Below, piece after piece: positions 21,294 through 31,102 of a stretch of 64,000 bases of DNA. The translations under genes and the position numbers were made by a program. This DNA is from an uncultured Syntrophorhabdaceae bacterium. Lineage in GTDB: Bacteria; Desulfobacterota; Syntrophorhabdia; Syntrophorhabdales; Syntrophorhabdaceae. Where the stretch lies: contig CAYSBW010000005.1 in assembly GCA_964429485.1 (NCBI GenBank), forward strand, positions 2,458 through 66,457, written 5' to 3'. Position 1 is the first letter of the stretch, and every line of letters starts with the position of its first letter. Below the pieces are notes generated by a model. It saw nothing but the letters and a program-made list of their open reading frames with translations, was not told where the DNA came from and made no database searches.

Positions 21294-22421
21294 TCATATA
21301 TAGTTAAGAACTATTGCAAATAGTGAGTCAACTATAATTATAAGGAAGAGGCCTGCAACAACTGCAGAAGTTGTTGCATTTCCAACACCCTGAGCACCCC
21401 CCCTCACCGTAAATCCTCTCTGGCAGCCTATGCCGGCTATTAGTGATGCAAGGACTATGGACTTGATAAAACTCATAAAAATATTAAACATATTTATTGC
21501 CTTCATGCTTTGCTGTATATATGTATATACAGTGAGATCGAGAACCACAATACCAATGAGAAGACCGCCTGCAATTGCAAAGAGATCAGCAAAAAGTGTG
21601 AGAAAAGGAACAACTGCAACAGAGGCGAAAACCTTTGGTATTGCAAGGAATCTTATGGGATTAAAACCCATTGTAATCAGTGCGTCGACTTCTTCATTGA
21701 CTTTCATTGTGCCTATTTCTGCAGCAAAGGCAGAGCCTGATCTACCTGTAACCAGAATTGCTGTCATTATAGGACCAAGCTCACGGACCATTGCAATGCT
21801 TAAAAGTGCCGGTACATATATATTAGCGCCGAACTGTTTAAGCTGAAGCGCTGACATGAAGGCAAGAATAAGACCGAGAAGAAAACTTATTAGCCCTATT
21901 ATGGGCAGTCCGTCAACACCTACTTTTTTCATGTAGAGTATCACGTCTCCCCATCTTATTGAACTGGGATGAGAGACTGAATAGATTATTTCCAGAACAA
22001 GCTCTCCTCCAAAGGTTATTACCTCCTTGATATCATTGAAGACAATGATACTTTTCTCACCTATTGTCTCAATGATATTTGTTGTCCTTTTTTCATTTAT
22101 AAGAGATGCTGTCTTAAGGGAATCCCTGTTTATCATTGCAAGCATTTCCTTTATGTCATCGGATGTATTGATAAATTCGACAGGTATTGATTTTGTTCCA
22201 GCCTTTTCTTCAATATCTATGAGTAAAAGCGCACCCGAGCTATCCAGATAACTAATCTTTGCAAGGTCTATTATAAGCTTTGAAGGAGGTTCTTTATCAA
22301 GGAAAGGTGTAATTTCCTCTAATATTTTACCAACATTTTCTATTGATATGTGCCCTGACGGAGAAAAACGGGCCTGGTCATTCTTTTTTTTGTAAAAAGA
22401 ACGGAAATCTTCCTGTAACAT
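21294..22421 (-). CDS. MlaE-like ABC permease with N-terminal STAS domain
   Basis: N-terminal STAS region with IDLAKISYLDSSGALLL (DSSG motif). The C-terminal ~260 aa is a polytopic MlaE/Ttg2B-type permease. ATG 22421 is preferred over the TTG at 22469 used by the ORF track. Confidence 0.8.
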   Translation of the reverse strand: MLQEDFRSFYKKKNDQARFSPSGHISIENVGKILEEITPFLDKEPPSKLIIDLAKISYLDSSGALLLIDIEEKAGTKSIPVEFINTSDDIKEMLAMINRDSLKTASLINEKRTTNIIETIGEKSIIVFNDIKEVITFGGELVLEIIYSVSHPSSIRWGDVILYMKKVGVDGLPIIGLISFLLGLILAFMSALQLKQFGANIYVPALLSIAMVRELGPIMTAILVTGRSGSAFAAEIGTMKVNEEVDALITMGFNPIRFLAIPKVFASVAVVPFLTLFADLFAIAGGLLIGIVVLDLTVYTYIQQSMKAINMFNIFMSFIKSIVLASLIAGIGCQRGFTVRGGAQGVGNATTSAVVAGLFLIIIVDSLFAIVLNYI

Positions 22422-22505
22422 AAATTTATCTATATCATAATGTACAAAAAATAGGAACAGATTTGGCAATCCCGGAGGGAATTATGTTTGTGTTGCATAA
22501 TTTGA

Positions 22506-22979
22506 TTACTCTCTATGGCTAGTATATATGAATTTAAAAACAGCGTGGATGGACTTGTGCGTCTTTCTCGGTCTTATGGGTGTCCAGTCATTTTTCATTC
22601 CTTCAAGTACTGATTGATTTTTATAATCTAATACTGTTGACTGACCAATTTCTCTGTTATTATTATCGTAATCTATGGCTGGAATAACCCTGTAAATCAT
22701 TTTTTCTGAATCTATTTCAACGAGACAGAGAATATTACTGAAATCCCGATAACCTTCTACGGAGAGGCCTGCTTTTTTTCTTTGTTCAATGTAATGAAAG
22801 ACAGCTTCCTTATTTTTTACATAAAAAGACATCCAGACAGCAACCGTTTTTGGTAATACCTCATAACACTCAAATGAAGTGTAGAGACCGTCCTCGTCTT
22901 CTATCGGATCGTTTATACTGTCTATATCACAGTAACAGAGAAGATTTTCATCTTCATACATCAGTTTCCAGTTCCACAC
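22506..22979 (-). CDS. Hypothetical protein (no family recognised)
   Basis: 157-aa ORF with a GTG start preceded by GGAGGA. Co-directional with the STAS-MlaE ATG (22421) and 84 nt upstream of it. No signal peptide or TM segment. Acidic N-terminus. Confidence 0.5.
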   Translation of the reverse strand: MWNWKLMYEDENLLCYCDIDSINDPIEDEDGLYTSFECYEVLPKTVAVWMSFYVKNKEAVFHYIEQRKKAGLSVEGYRDFSNILCLVEIDSEKMIYRVIPAIDYDNNNREIGQSTVLDYKNQSVLEGMKNDWTPIRPRKTHKSIHAVFKFIYTSHRE

Positions 22980-23091
22980 TTGTTTAAATCCTCCACTTGA
23001 TCAGAGATTCTTTCTGCTAAAATGTATCAGTAATTTCAGCATTTATATTAAGAAACATTATTCTCTCTGTTTGTGCCAAAAGCAACCCAAC

Positions 23092-23126
23092 GGGACATTG
23101 CCAGCGGTTTCGGAAGGCAATGTCCC
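23092..23126 (-). terminator. Candidate intrinsic terminator downstream of the cyclophilin gene
   Basis: 11-bp stem GGGACATTGCC / GGCAATGTCCC with a 13-nt loop. On the minus strand it is followed by GTTGGGTTGCTTTTGG. Confidence 0.45.
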
Positions 23127-23202
23127 TACATTTATATCCGAATAAATTGAGAAAACAGGGTCATAATGTGTCTGTCCGGTAATTACCGAAAGGTCTTTAA
23201 TA

Positions 23203-23835
23203 TTATTTTCCAGATCCTTCCAGCGTTCTGTTCCAGCTTTCAAGCTGACTCTTGTATTTTTCTGCAAGAGCACTGTAATCGCCGTTTATTGTTATGGACA
23301 CAATCTTATCTCCTCCTGCAATGCTGTTTACAACCTTCTGGTCTTCTTCACCTGCAATTTCTCCAAAAATGGTATGTTTGTCGTCCAGCCAGGGTGTCGC
23401 TACATGGGTAATAAAAAACTGGCTTCCGTTTGTTCCCGGACCTGCATTGGCCATGGAAAGCATTCCAGGTTTGCTGTGTCTTAAATCACTGGAAAATTCA
23501 TCCTTAAAGCGATATCCCGGCCCCCCTGTGCCGTTACCTCTGGGGCAGCCTCCCTGAATCATAAAATTCGGTATTACTCTATGAAAAGAAAGACCATTAT
23601 AGAAGCCTCTGCTGGATAAATTCACAAAGTTAAGAACTGTCAGCGGAGTCTTTTCCGGGAAAAGGGTTAGATTAATGTTACCCTTTTCAGTATTAATTAT
23701 TGCTGTTAATTGAGAATCGATCATTTTTTTATCACCTTTCCTTGATTTTTTTTCAATTGCATCTGCTCCTGTATTTAGGAGAAAAAAGCTGAGAAATAAT
23801 CCCGCCAAACAAAAGTTAAATATTTTTCTTACCAA
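23203..23835 (-). CDS. Peptidyl-prolyl cis-trans isomerase, cyclophilin type, secreted
   Basis: Signal peptide, [13 protein letters not shown] and [10 protein letters not shown] motifs. Confidence 0.9.
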   Translation of the reverse strand: MVRKIFNFCLAGLFLSFFLLNTGADAIEKKSRKGDKKMIDSQLTAIINTEKGNINLTLFPEKTPLTVLNFVNLSSRGFYNGLSFHRVIPNFMIQGGCPRGNGTGGPGYRFKDEFSSDLRHSKPGMLSMANAGPGTNGSQFFITHVATPWLDDKHTIFGEIAGEEDQKVVNSIAGGDKIVSITINGDYSALAEKYKSQLESWNRTLEGSGK

Positions 23836-23864
23836 TTTAATCCTCCTGAATACTTTCTTTTAAA

Positions 23865-24788
23865 TTATTTGTTCAAAAATCCTTTAATTATCCAGTTTAC
23901 AGCTTCATCATATGTAAGGCCAAGACTCATAAGCTTTACAAGTTGGTCGTTGGCAATCTTTCCTATTGAGGCTTCGTGGGTAAGCTCTGCATCAGGATGA
24001 AGAGCCTTTAATGCTGGAATAGTTTCATTTTTGCCATTACCCATTATTATTGCATCGCATTCTATGTGACCGAAACACTTTGCTCTGGCTTCGATGGTGG
24101 CATAGAAATTCTGGCTTGAATTGTCTTTTATGACTGATCTTGACACCAGGTTGGTGCTGCTTTCGTGGCCTTTCAAAAAAATTTCATTCCTCGATATTGC
24201 AGTCTGGTTCCCATCTGTCATGACCCGCTCAGTAATGAGAAGAGAGCTTTTTGGCCCGAGGGTGGCTTCATTAAGTCTGTTTGCTGAATCCACGCCGCCT
24301 ATCTGTGACAGTTCCATTTCAGCATGTGCACCTTCTTCAAGAAAAACCCTTGTCGTTGGATTAAGGATTCGCTGACCTTTCCCATCGCCAAGAGCCACAT
24401 GTTTTTCAACATATTTAATGACCGCATTTTTTTCTATCCTGAATTCATGGATACCCTCATGCCCCTGGCTTTTGGATGATCCGCAATGAATGCCACATCC
24501 GGCAACAATTGTAACATCCGATTCCTCACCTATAATAAAGGTATTGTAAACAACGTCGTTGAGACCTGCCTGGCTGACAATAACCGGTATATGAACAGAT
24601 TCTCCCTTTGTGCCGGGTTTTATGGTAATTATTATACCGTTTCCTTCTTTGTTGGTCTCAATATTTATATTTCCGGAGACTTCTCTTCCAAGAAGCTGCC
24701 CATTTTTTCTTATATTATAAGCACCTTTGGGCAGGGCTTCCAAATCGGCAACAGCTTTTAAAAGTTCCTTATCTATAGCATCGAGCAT
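23865..24788 (-). CDS. SufB/SufD family Fe-S cluster assembly protein
   Basis: C-terminal THEASIGKI...QLVKLMSLGLTYDEA resembles the conserved SufB/D C-terminus. Directly follows the sufC-like gene. Confidence 0.8.
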   Translation of the reverse strand: MLDAIDKELLKAVADLEALPKGAYNIRKNGQLLGREVSGNINIETNKEGNGIIITIKPGTKGESVHIPVIVSQAGLNDVVYNTFIIGEESDVTIVAGCGIHCGSSKSQGHEGIHEFRIEKNAVIKYVEKHVALGDGKGQRILNPTTRVFLEEGAHAEMELSQIGGVDSANRLNEATLGPKSSLLITERVMTDGNQTAISRNEIFLKGHESSTNLVSRSVIKDNSSQNFYATIEARAKCFGHIECDAIIMGNGKNETIPALKALHPDAELTHEASIGKIANDQLVKLMSLGLTYDEAVNWIIKGFLNK

Positions 24789-25533
24789 TGTTTTCTCCTT
24801 CGCAAATATTAGAATAATTACAACTGCTTAAATCGTTTAGAAGAGGGATGGCGCCATCCATATCTCCTGTATAGAAAAATTCTCCCTCTTTTATGATAAT
24901 AAGTATATCGGCTGCTTCAAGAAAATAACGGTTATGGCTTACCACTATGGTGGTAATACCATGTTCAGCCTGCTCTTTTTTAAGAAGTTTAACCATGGGC
25001 TCGATAGTCCAGAGGTCAATGCCCGTGTCAGGTTCGTCGTAGATTGCAATCATTGGATTAAGGGCAATGGTAGTGGCAAGCTCGATCTTTTTTATTTCTC
25101 CACCTGACAGTTTAGTATCCACTGCCTTATCCAGAAAATCCATGGAACATATTCCCACACGAGTTATAATTTCACGTATTTTCATTTCATCATCAGTCTT
25201 GGCTGCTATTGCAATAAGATCTCTGCAGGTCGTTCCCTTGAAACGGGCCGGGTTTTGAAAACTGTATGCTATACCTGCCCTGGCACGATCGGTTATGGAC
25301 AGAGTTGTAATATCTTTTCCATTAAGTAATATTTCCCCTGAATCAGCCTTGTTTATACCCATTATAAGCTTTGCCAGCGTTGTTTTGCCACTTCCGTTAG
25401 GTCCTGTGATTGCATAAAACTTCCCTTTTTCAAATTTAAAACTTACATTGTTTATTATGGCCCTTTTCTTTGGAGTGTCTGTATTTGACTCTGTTTCTTT
25501 AGCATAAAAAACAAGGTTTTTTACTTCCAGCAT
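24769..25533 (-). CDS. sufC: Fe-S cluster assembly ATPase SufC-like
   Basis: Walker A GPNGSGKTT, LSGGE signature and YDEPDTGIDL Walker B with the D-loop. ~250 aa, paired with the SufB/D gene. Confidence 0.85.
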   Translation of the reverse strand: MLEVKNLVFYAKETESNTDTPKKRAIINNVSFKFEKGKFYAITGPNGSGKTTLAKLIMGINKADSGEILLNGKDITTLSITDRARAGIAYSFQNPARFKGTTCRDLIAIAAKTDDEMKIREIITRVGICSMDFLDKAVDTKLSGGEIKKIELATTIALNPMIAIYDEPDTGIDLWTIEPMVKLLKKEQAEHGITTIVVSHNRYFLEAADILIIIKEGEFFYTGDMDGAIPLLNDLSSCNYSNICEGENNARCYR

Positions 25534-26059
25534 AATTCACCTCTTAAAAAATGATAGATATTTTATTTGCAGACAGCATAATTCAGCATTACCGATTGAT
25601 AACCAATCCTTGAATCGGCCACAATAAAAAACGGAAAAAAGTGCATAATATTAATCCATATTTATTCTATGTTAAGACATATTTATCAAAGTTTCAAGAA
25701 ACTTCTATTTTTTATCAGGATAATAGCCAACAATAATTAATCCTTAAAATCAGACAACTATATTTTAAACTGTATTATTGGAATACTGGCCGTTATTTTC
25801 AGGAAAAAAGCACTCAGGCAGTTCAATCTTTTTATACTGTAATATGGCGACGGTGTGCATTGGTTGTTATGTTCTTGAGGATTCCAAGGCAGGAGCCGCA
25901 GATATTTTTTTCAGGGTCTTCATCATTTTAGGCGAGAAAACAAGTTATATTGTCTCTTGAAATTATTGACTTAAACGTTTTCCTATGATTAAAAGAGATA
26001 GGAAAAAAAGATATAACCGCATTTAATAAATCCGGTAAGCCATTGAGGAGAATTGTATT

Positions 26060-27475
26060 ATGGATTTAAGACGCTTCATAGAATTATGTGAACAGGCAGG
26101 GCAGGTGAAGAGAATAAAAGCAGAGGTTGATTGGAATCTTGAAATATCTCACATTTCAAAGATTAACGAAGATAAATCAGGTCCGGCTTTACTTTTCGAA
26201 AACATTAAAGGATATGACAGCCCTGTTTTTACTGGCGCATTTACGACTGCAAAGAGACTTTCCCTGGCTCTTGGAAAAAAGGAAGATCTTTCCATGGTTG
26301 AAATAATCAAGGAGTGGATGAACCTGACTGTCTCCATGCAGGAGCTTGTACCTGCTCAAGAAGTAAAGGATGGGCCGATCTTTGAGAATATTCTTGATGG
26401 TGACAAAGTGGATATTTTTAATTTTCCTGCACCAAAATTTTATGAGTTGGATGGAGGACGTTATATAGGTACCATGGCGACCATGGTACTTAGAGATCCG
26501 GAGACGGATAATATAAATATAGGCGTGTACCGGATGGGAATTCTTGACAGTAAAACTGCCGGTGTACAAATTCTTAAAGGTAAAAGAGGCGATAAAATAT
26601 TGAAAAAATATCAGAAGGCAGGTAAAAAAATGCCTGCCTGTGCAATAATAGGTGGTGATCCTTTGCTTCTCCTGTCAGCGGCTGCAATGATGACTCAGAC
26701 TAATGGCTATGATGTGGTAAGTACATTGCGTGACCAGACAATGGAAATTGTAAGGGTACCTCTTACCGGTCTTCCTGTACCTGCAACAGCGGAAATAGTG
26801 CTGGAAGGAGAAATAGATCCTGACAACCTGAGAGAAGAAGGGCCCCTCGGTGAATATACGGGTTATTATACCGATGAGATTTACCATCCTACTCCCAAAC
26901 CTGCCCTCGAAGTACACCGCATTTACTACAGGGATAACCCGATTCTCTGGGAAACAAGTGGAGGAAGGCCTGTTTCAGATTTGCAAATGTTTGTTTCCTG
27001 CATACGCAGCGCAATGGTATGGACCGATCTGGTCAGAATGGATATACCGGGAATCAAATCCGTTTATGTTCTGCCTGAATCTGCCGGGCAGTTCTGGGCG
27101 ATTATTTCATTACAGCAAATGTATCCAGGTCATTCAGAACAGGCAGGAGCAGCAGTTATGGCAAGCAATGCAGCTTCGTACAGTATTAAAGGGACTATTA
27201 TTGTTGATGATGATATAAATGCTGATGATCTTTCAAGGGTGTGGTGGGCTCTTGGTACACGCTATAATCCGGCCCGAGGTACACAGATCTTTAAAAGAAG
27301 TCGGTCAGCGCCCCTTGACCCGAGTTGCGGCCCTGATGATAATAAAGATATTTCTTCCCGTATTATTCTCAATGCAACAATACCATTTGACTGGAAAATC
27401 AAGCCAACAGAGATTGAACTTACTCAGAGCATAATGGATAAAGTCAAATCAAGGTGGAAGGAATATGGCATATAG
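26060..27475 (+). CDS. UbiD family (prenylated-FMN dependent) decarboxylase
   Basis: 471 aa with overall UbiD-like layout (GPALLFENIKGY..., YRMGIL..., EGPLGEYTGYY). No ubiX-like partner in the window. Confidence 0.85.
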   Translation: MDLRRFIELCEQAGQVKRIKAEVDWNLEISHISKINEDKSGPALLFENIKGYDSPVFTGAFTTAKRLSLALGKKEDLSMVEIIKEWMNLTVSMQELVPAQEVKDGPIFENILDGDKVDIFNFPAPKFYELDGGRYIGTMATMVLRDPETDNINIGVYRMGILDSKTAGVQILKGKRGDKILKKYQKAGKKMPACAIIGGDPLLLLSAAAMMTQTNGYDVVSTLRDQTMEIVRVPLTGLPVPATAEIVLEGEIDPDNLREEGPLGEYTGYYTDEIYHPTPKPALEVHRIYYRDNPILWETSGGRPVSDLQMFVSCIRSAMVWTDLVRMDIPGIKSVYVLPESAGQFWAIISLQQMYPGHSEQAGAAVMASNAASYSIKGTIIVDDDINADDLSRVWWALGTRYNPARGTQIFKRSRSAPLDPSCGPDDNKDISSRIILNATIPFDWKIKPTEIELTQSIMDKVKSRWKEYGI

Positions 27476-27495
27476 TCTTTAAGGTTGCAGATTGC

Positions 27496-28173
27496 TTATG
27501 TGTAATCTTCGAGGTATCTTTCTATATATTCTGTGACCTTTTCGTTGGGCTTATATATTCCAAGGTGGCCCTCACAAAGAATATCAGCCTTGAGGGCAAT
27601 CAGCTTTTTCATGGAATCCTGCCAGTGAAACATGTTTGCGCCAAATTCAGGAAGAAAAGGACCATGTATGTCCTGACCGAAAAGAACCCTTGTTCCTCCC
27701 CTGTCAAGATAGACTGAAACAGAGCCTGGTGAATGCCCTGGCGTGTGGAGACAGACAACCTCCTGGCCATTGAAATTAAAAAGTTTTTTCTGACCATCAA
27801 ATTTGATATCAATCAATAAAGGTTTAAAATGAATGCCATACCAGTAGGCTGCTGTCATTTTATTATCGCCACGTTCTACAATCTCAGCATCAAGATTATG
27901 CATTACAAGGCGGGAACCGAATCTTTTTCTCAGTTCAGCTGCACCGCCGATGTGATCGATATGGCAATGTGTAAGAATTATAGTTGAAATTTTTGCAGGA
28001 TAGAAACCAAGATCCAATATATTCTTTATTATCCTGTCAATGCTGAAGCCAGCCCCTGTATCTATAAGTACCAGGTCTCCCAGGTTCAGCAGATAGACCG
28101 CACAATCTCTTGAATCAGTAATATTTGAATCTCCGATAAGATATATATCTTCCATGATTTCCAAAGTTTTCAT
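27496..28173 (-). CDS. MBL-fold metallo-hydrolase
   Basis: THCHIDHIGG (the HxHxDH motif) plus downstream His/Asp ligands. Confidence 0.8.
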   Translation of the reverse strand: MKTLEIMEDIYLIGDSNITDSRDCAVYLLNLGDLVLIDTGAGFSIDRIIKNILDLGFYPAKISTIILTHCHIDHIGGAAELRKRFGSRLVMHNLDAEIVERGDNKMTAAYWYGIHFKPLLIDIKFDGQKKLFNFNGQEVVCLHTPGHSPGSVSVYLDRGGTRVLFGQDIHGPFLPEFGANMFHWQDSMKKLIALKADILCEGHLGIYKPNEKVTEYIERYLEDYT

Positions 28174-28399
28174 AGTTCCTCCCTGCAGTTCTGACAGTGT
28201 GTATTTGGAAAATAAATATTATACTATACGAATAGTAACACTTTTCTTTAATTCTGAAAAGAAGTCACAGTTGAAGGTGTACATTATTTTTCTTTCAAAT
28301 AAATTCAAGCTTCAAAAGCGATGAATCAAAATCCATGTAGATATTTTATCAGTATTTTTTTATAGTAAAAACAGAGTTTCCGTTAAAGGGAGGGTACAC

Positions 28400-29968
28400 A
28401 TGAGAAAATCCATATTATTCATTAATATCTTCTGTGTTGTTTTATTTTTCTTATTATTTTCAGTATCAGCAGTCACTGCCTTTGATGTTTCAAAATACAG
28501 AGATTTTATAAAGGAGGAGATGAGGACATGGAATGTGCCTGGCGCAGCCGTTGCTGTTATTCAGGATAATAAGGTTGTTTTCTCTGAGGGTTTTGGTTAT
28601 GGAAATGTGGAAAAAAAGATTAAAACAACACCAGTAACACTTTTTGGTATAGGTTCGTGTACCAAGGCCTTTACTGCCATGTCCTCAGGAATGCTTGCTG
28701 ATGAAAAAAAGATCAATTTTGACAAGCCTGTCCGCGAATATTATACGGCCTTTAAGCTCAACGATCCATATGTTTCAGAACATGTAACAGTAAGGGATAT
28801 ACTGTCCCATAGAACGGGTCTTCCAAGGTATGATGCAGCTATTGAACCTGCAGATGCATCAAGGGACGATGCAATGAAGAAACTCAGATACCTTAAGCTT
28901 AATAGAGGAATCAGGGAGAGTTTTCAATACTGTAATTTTCATTATCTGGCAGCAGGTGCTATAGTGGATAAAGTTTCAGGGTCGACATGGGAGGAGTTTG
29001 TATTGAATAGAATATTCAAACCCCTTAATATGAACAGTTCAAATTTTTCACCTGAAGAAATGGAAAAATCGCCTGATTTTGCTTTTCCCTATAAAATGGA
29101 CATGGAAAAGTTGAAAAAATTCCCTGAAAACCTGGCAGATTATATGTCCGTGCCATTAAAGAAAATCCCCTTTGAAAAAATAGGAGTATACGGGCCGGCT
29201 GGCTCCATTAATTCCAATATAGAAGATATGGCGAAGTGGGTTGTCCTTCATTTGAATCAGGGAAGGGCAGGGGGAAAACAGTTGATTTCCAGTGAAACTC
29301 TGGAAGAGCTTATTACTCCTCAGATCCTTACAGGAGGACCTTTAAAGCACGAGGAAATTCTGCCTGCGAGCTATGGTATGGGTTGGGTAATAACCCCTTA
29401 CCGTGGGCATTATCTTGTCAGCCATGACGGCATGATCGAAGGATTTACTGCACATGTTAGTTTTATTCCTGCAAAAAAAATAGGTTTGGTAATATTAACC
29501 AACAGGTCGGACAATTATGAGTTCATTGCTTCCCTGTCGTTTTCCACTTATGACAGAATTCTGGGTTTAAAAACAATAACATGGAGCAAAAGACTTGCCG
29601 ATGAATACCCGGGTGCGCTGGCTGTATTAAAGGCAAACAGGGAATCTGAAGAAAAAAACAGAAAAAAGAATACAAAGCCATCCCATGTTCTTGCAGATTA
29701 TGTTGGAAAATATGATAATCCGGCCTTTGGTGTTGTTGAGGTAGTACTCAAAGATAATAATCTAATATTTTCTTTCAGAGATATTGAAGAAACCATTTCT
29801 CCTCTTAAACACTATCAATACGATACATTTAAGACAATACCGCGAAGTCTCTTAGGGGGTTTCGATATTAAAGTCAATTTTATGATGAATAAAAATGGAG
29901 ATATAGACAGGCTTCTGCTGCCGCTTGAAGCAGCTGTTGATGATATTATTTTTAATAAAATAAAATAA
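28400..29968 (+). CDS. Serine hydrolase of the class C beta-lactamase / PBP4*-like family, secreted
   Basis: Signal peptide, SxxK motif in GSCTKAFTA, a YxN-like motif and a C-terminal beta-rich extension. Confidence 0.8.
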   Translation: MRKSILFINIFCVVLFFLLFSVSAVTAFDVSKYRDFIKEEMRTWNVPGAAVAVIQDNKVVFSEGFGYGNVEKKIKTTPVTLFGIGSCTKAFTAMSSGMLADEKKINFDKPVREYYTAFKLNDPYVSEHVTVRDILSHRTGLPRYDAAIEPADASRDDAMKKLRYLKLNRGIRESFQYCNFHYLAAGAIVDKVSGSTWEEFVLNRIFKPLNMNSSNFSPEEMEKSPDFAFPYKMDMEKLKKFPENLADYMSVPLKKIPFEKIGVYGPAGSINSNIEDMAKWVVLHLNQGRAGGKQLISSETLEELITPQILTGGPLKHEEILPASYGMGWVITPYRGHYLVSHDGMIEGFTAHVSFIPAKKIGLVILTNRSDNYEFIASLSFSTYDRILGLKTITWSKRLADEYPGALAVLKANRESEEKNRKKNTKPSHVLADYVGKYDNPAFGVVEVVLKDNNLIFSFRDIEETISPLKHYQYDTFKTIPRSLLGGFDIKVNFMMNKNGDIDRLLLPLEAAVDDIIFNKIK

Positions 29969-29991
29969 GAAACAATGCCTGTAGAGGTGAC

Positions 29992-30741
29992 ATGGCTATG
30001 GCTGACAGTACATCTTTCACAGTTCTTGATATGCCCAGGGAGGAGAGGCCGAGAGAAAGACTTCTCAGGCTTGGCCCCGAGGCTCTGTCTTCACCTGAGC
30101 TCCTGGCCTTGATTATTGGCCGGGGAGTTTCAAAAAGATCTGTTATGGCTATTGCCCAGGAATTATATTTAACATTCCGCAGCGTAAAAGCAATAAATGA
30201 AGCAACAATAGAGGAGCTTTCAAAAATCAAGGGTATTGGCCCGGCAAAGGCTATACAGATCAAGGCATGTTTTGAGCTTGCAAAGAGACAGGAGCTGGAA
30301 ATTGACAACAGGTTCGAGGATGTTGATATTAAAAATCCCCAGAGTGCTGTAAAGGTTATAAAGGCGAGTATAAAAGATATGAAAAAAGAACATTTTATGC
30401 TCATTATCCTGAATACAAAAAACAAGATAACCAGCATTGAAACTATTTCTATCGGAACCCTTAATGCCAGTTTAGTCCATCCCAGAGAGGTTTTTAATAA
30501 AGCCATTTCCCACACAGCATCATCAGTGATTATTGCCCATAACCATCCATCCGGTGATCCTGAACCGTCAGAAGAGGATTTAAAAATAACCAGGCGTCTC
30601 ATGGAAGCAGGCAAAATACTTGGAATAGAAGTGCTGGATCACATTATTGTAGGCAAGGATACAGTAAAAAGTACAATTGTCGAACATGGAAAACAGAAAA
30701 GCAAAGCCTACTGCAGCTTGAAGGAAAAGGGATTTATATAG
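29992..30741 (+). CDS. radC: RadC-family JAB/MPN domain protein
   Basis: N-terminal HhH region (ELLALIIGRG...IKGIGPAKA) and a JAMM motif HNHPSGDPEPSEEDLKITRRL. Confidence 0.85.
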   Translation: MAMADSTSFTVLDMPREERPRERLLRLGPEALSSPELLALIIGRGVSKRSVMAIAQELYLTFRSVKAINEATIEELSKIKGIGPAKAIQIKACFELAKRQELEIDNRFEDVDIKNPQSAVKVIKASIKDMKKEHFMLIILNTKNKITSIETISIGTLNASLVHPREVFNKAISHTASSVIIAHNHPSGDPEPSEEDLKITRRLMEAGKILGIEVLDHIIVGKDTVKSTIVEHGKQKSKAYCSLKEKGFI

Positions 30742-30808
30742 AGCTTTATGTATGGTTTGCAAACAGATTAATTTGTTTTTCTTGAAAAGCTCAGTTCAAA
30801 ACCATCCA

Positions 30809-31051
30809 TCAGTTTAATATGTGGTAACTAGCCCTAATCCTGAGCTTGCATCTGGGACATATTGGTTCTATGAGAGTAAGGGTTTTTCCAAAAATGTCAA
30901 CATCCCTGAAAAACACACCCGGTGCGTCGTAAATGGTTTTTTCATTATAGGACTTGCCGCACTCACAAACAGGGTTTTCCTGACGAATTGTCCCTCCGTG
31001 GAAGACTTTGTTTGCATGAATACTTGTTAAACGTCTTTCTTCTCCAGTCAT
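30809..31051 (-). CDS. Possible small Cys4 (zinc-ribbon-like) protein
   Basis: 80-aa ORF with CxC and CxxC pairs (PVCECGKSY ... ICPRCKL), 51 nt downstream of the DnaJ-like gene. It has no clear SD, and a competing + strand ORF covers 30821..31030. Confidence 0.3.
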   Translation of the reverse strand: MTGEERRLTSIHANKVFHGGTIRQENPVCECGKSYNEKTIYDAPGVFFRDVDIFGKTLTLIEPICPRCKLRIRASYHILN

Positions 31052-31102
31052 GTTTTAAATATAAATCTTATGTTCCTGTTTTACAACAACACTCACTTTT
31101 TT

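Noticed and set aside
23063-23078. TGGCAC on the minus strand upstream of the 22979 hypothetical gene, looking like a sigma54 -24 box.
   Set aside because: The -12 position reads GAGAG instead of TTGCA, so only half of the bipartite element is present.
29952-30614. 220-aa ORF antisense to radC.
   Set aside because: It overlaps radC, whose product has a clear JAMM motif. The antisense product is low-complexity (Ser/Ile/Leu/Phe-rich) with no motif, a typical shadow ORF.
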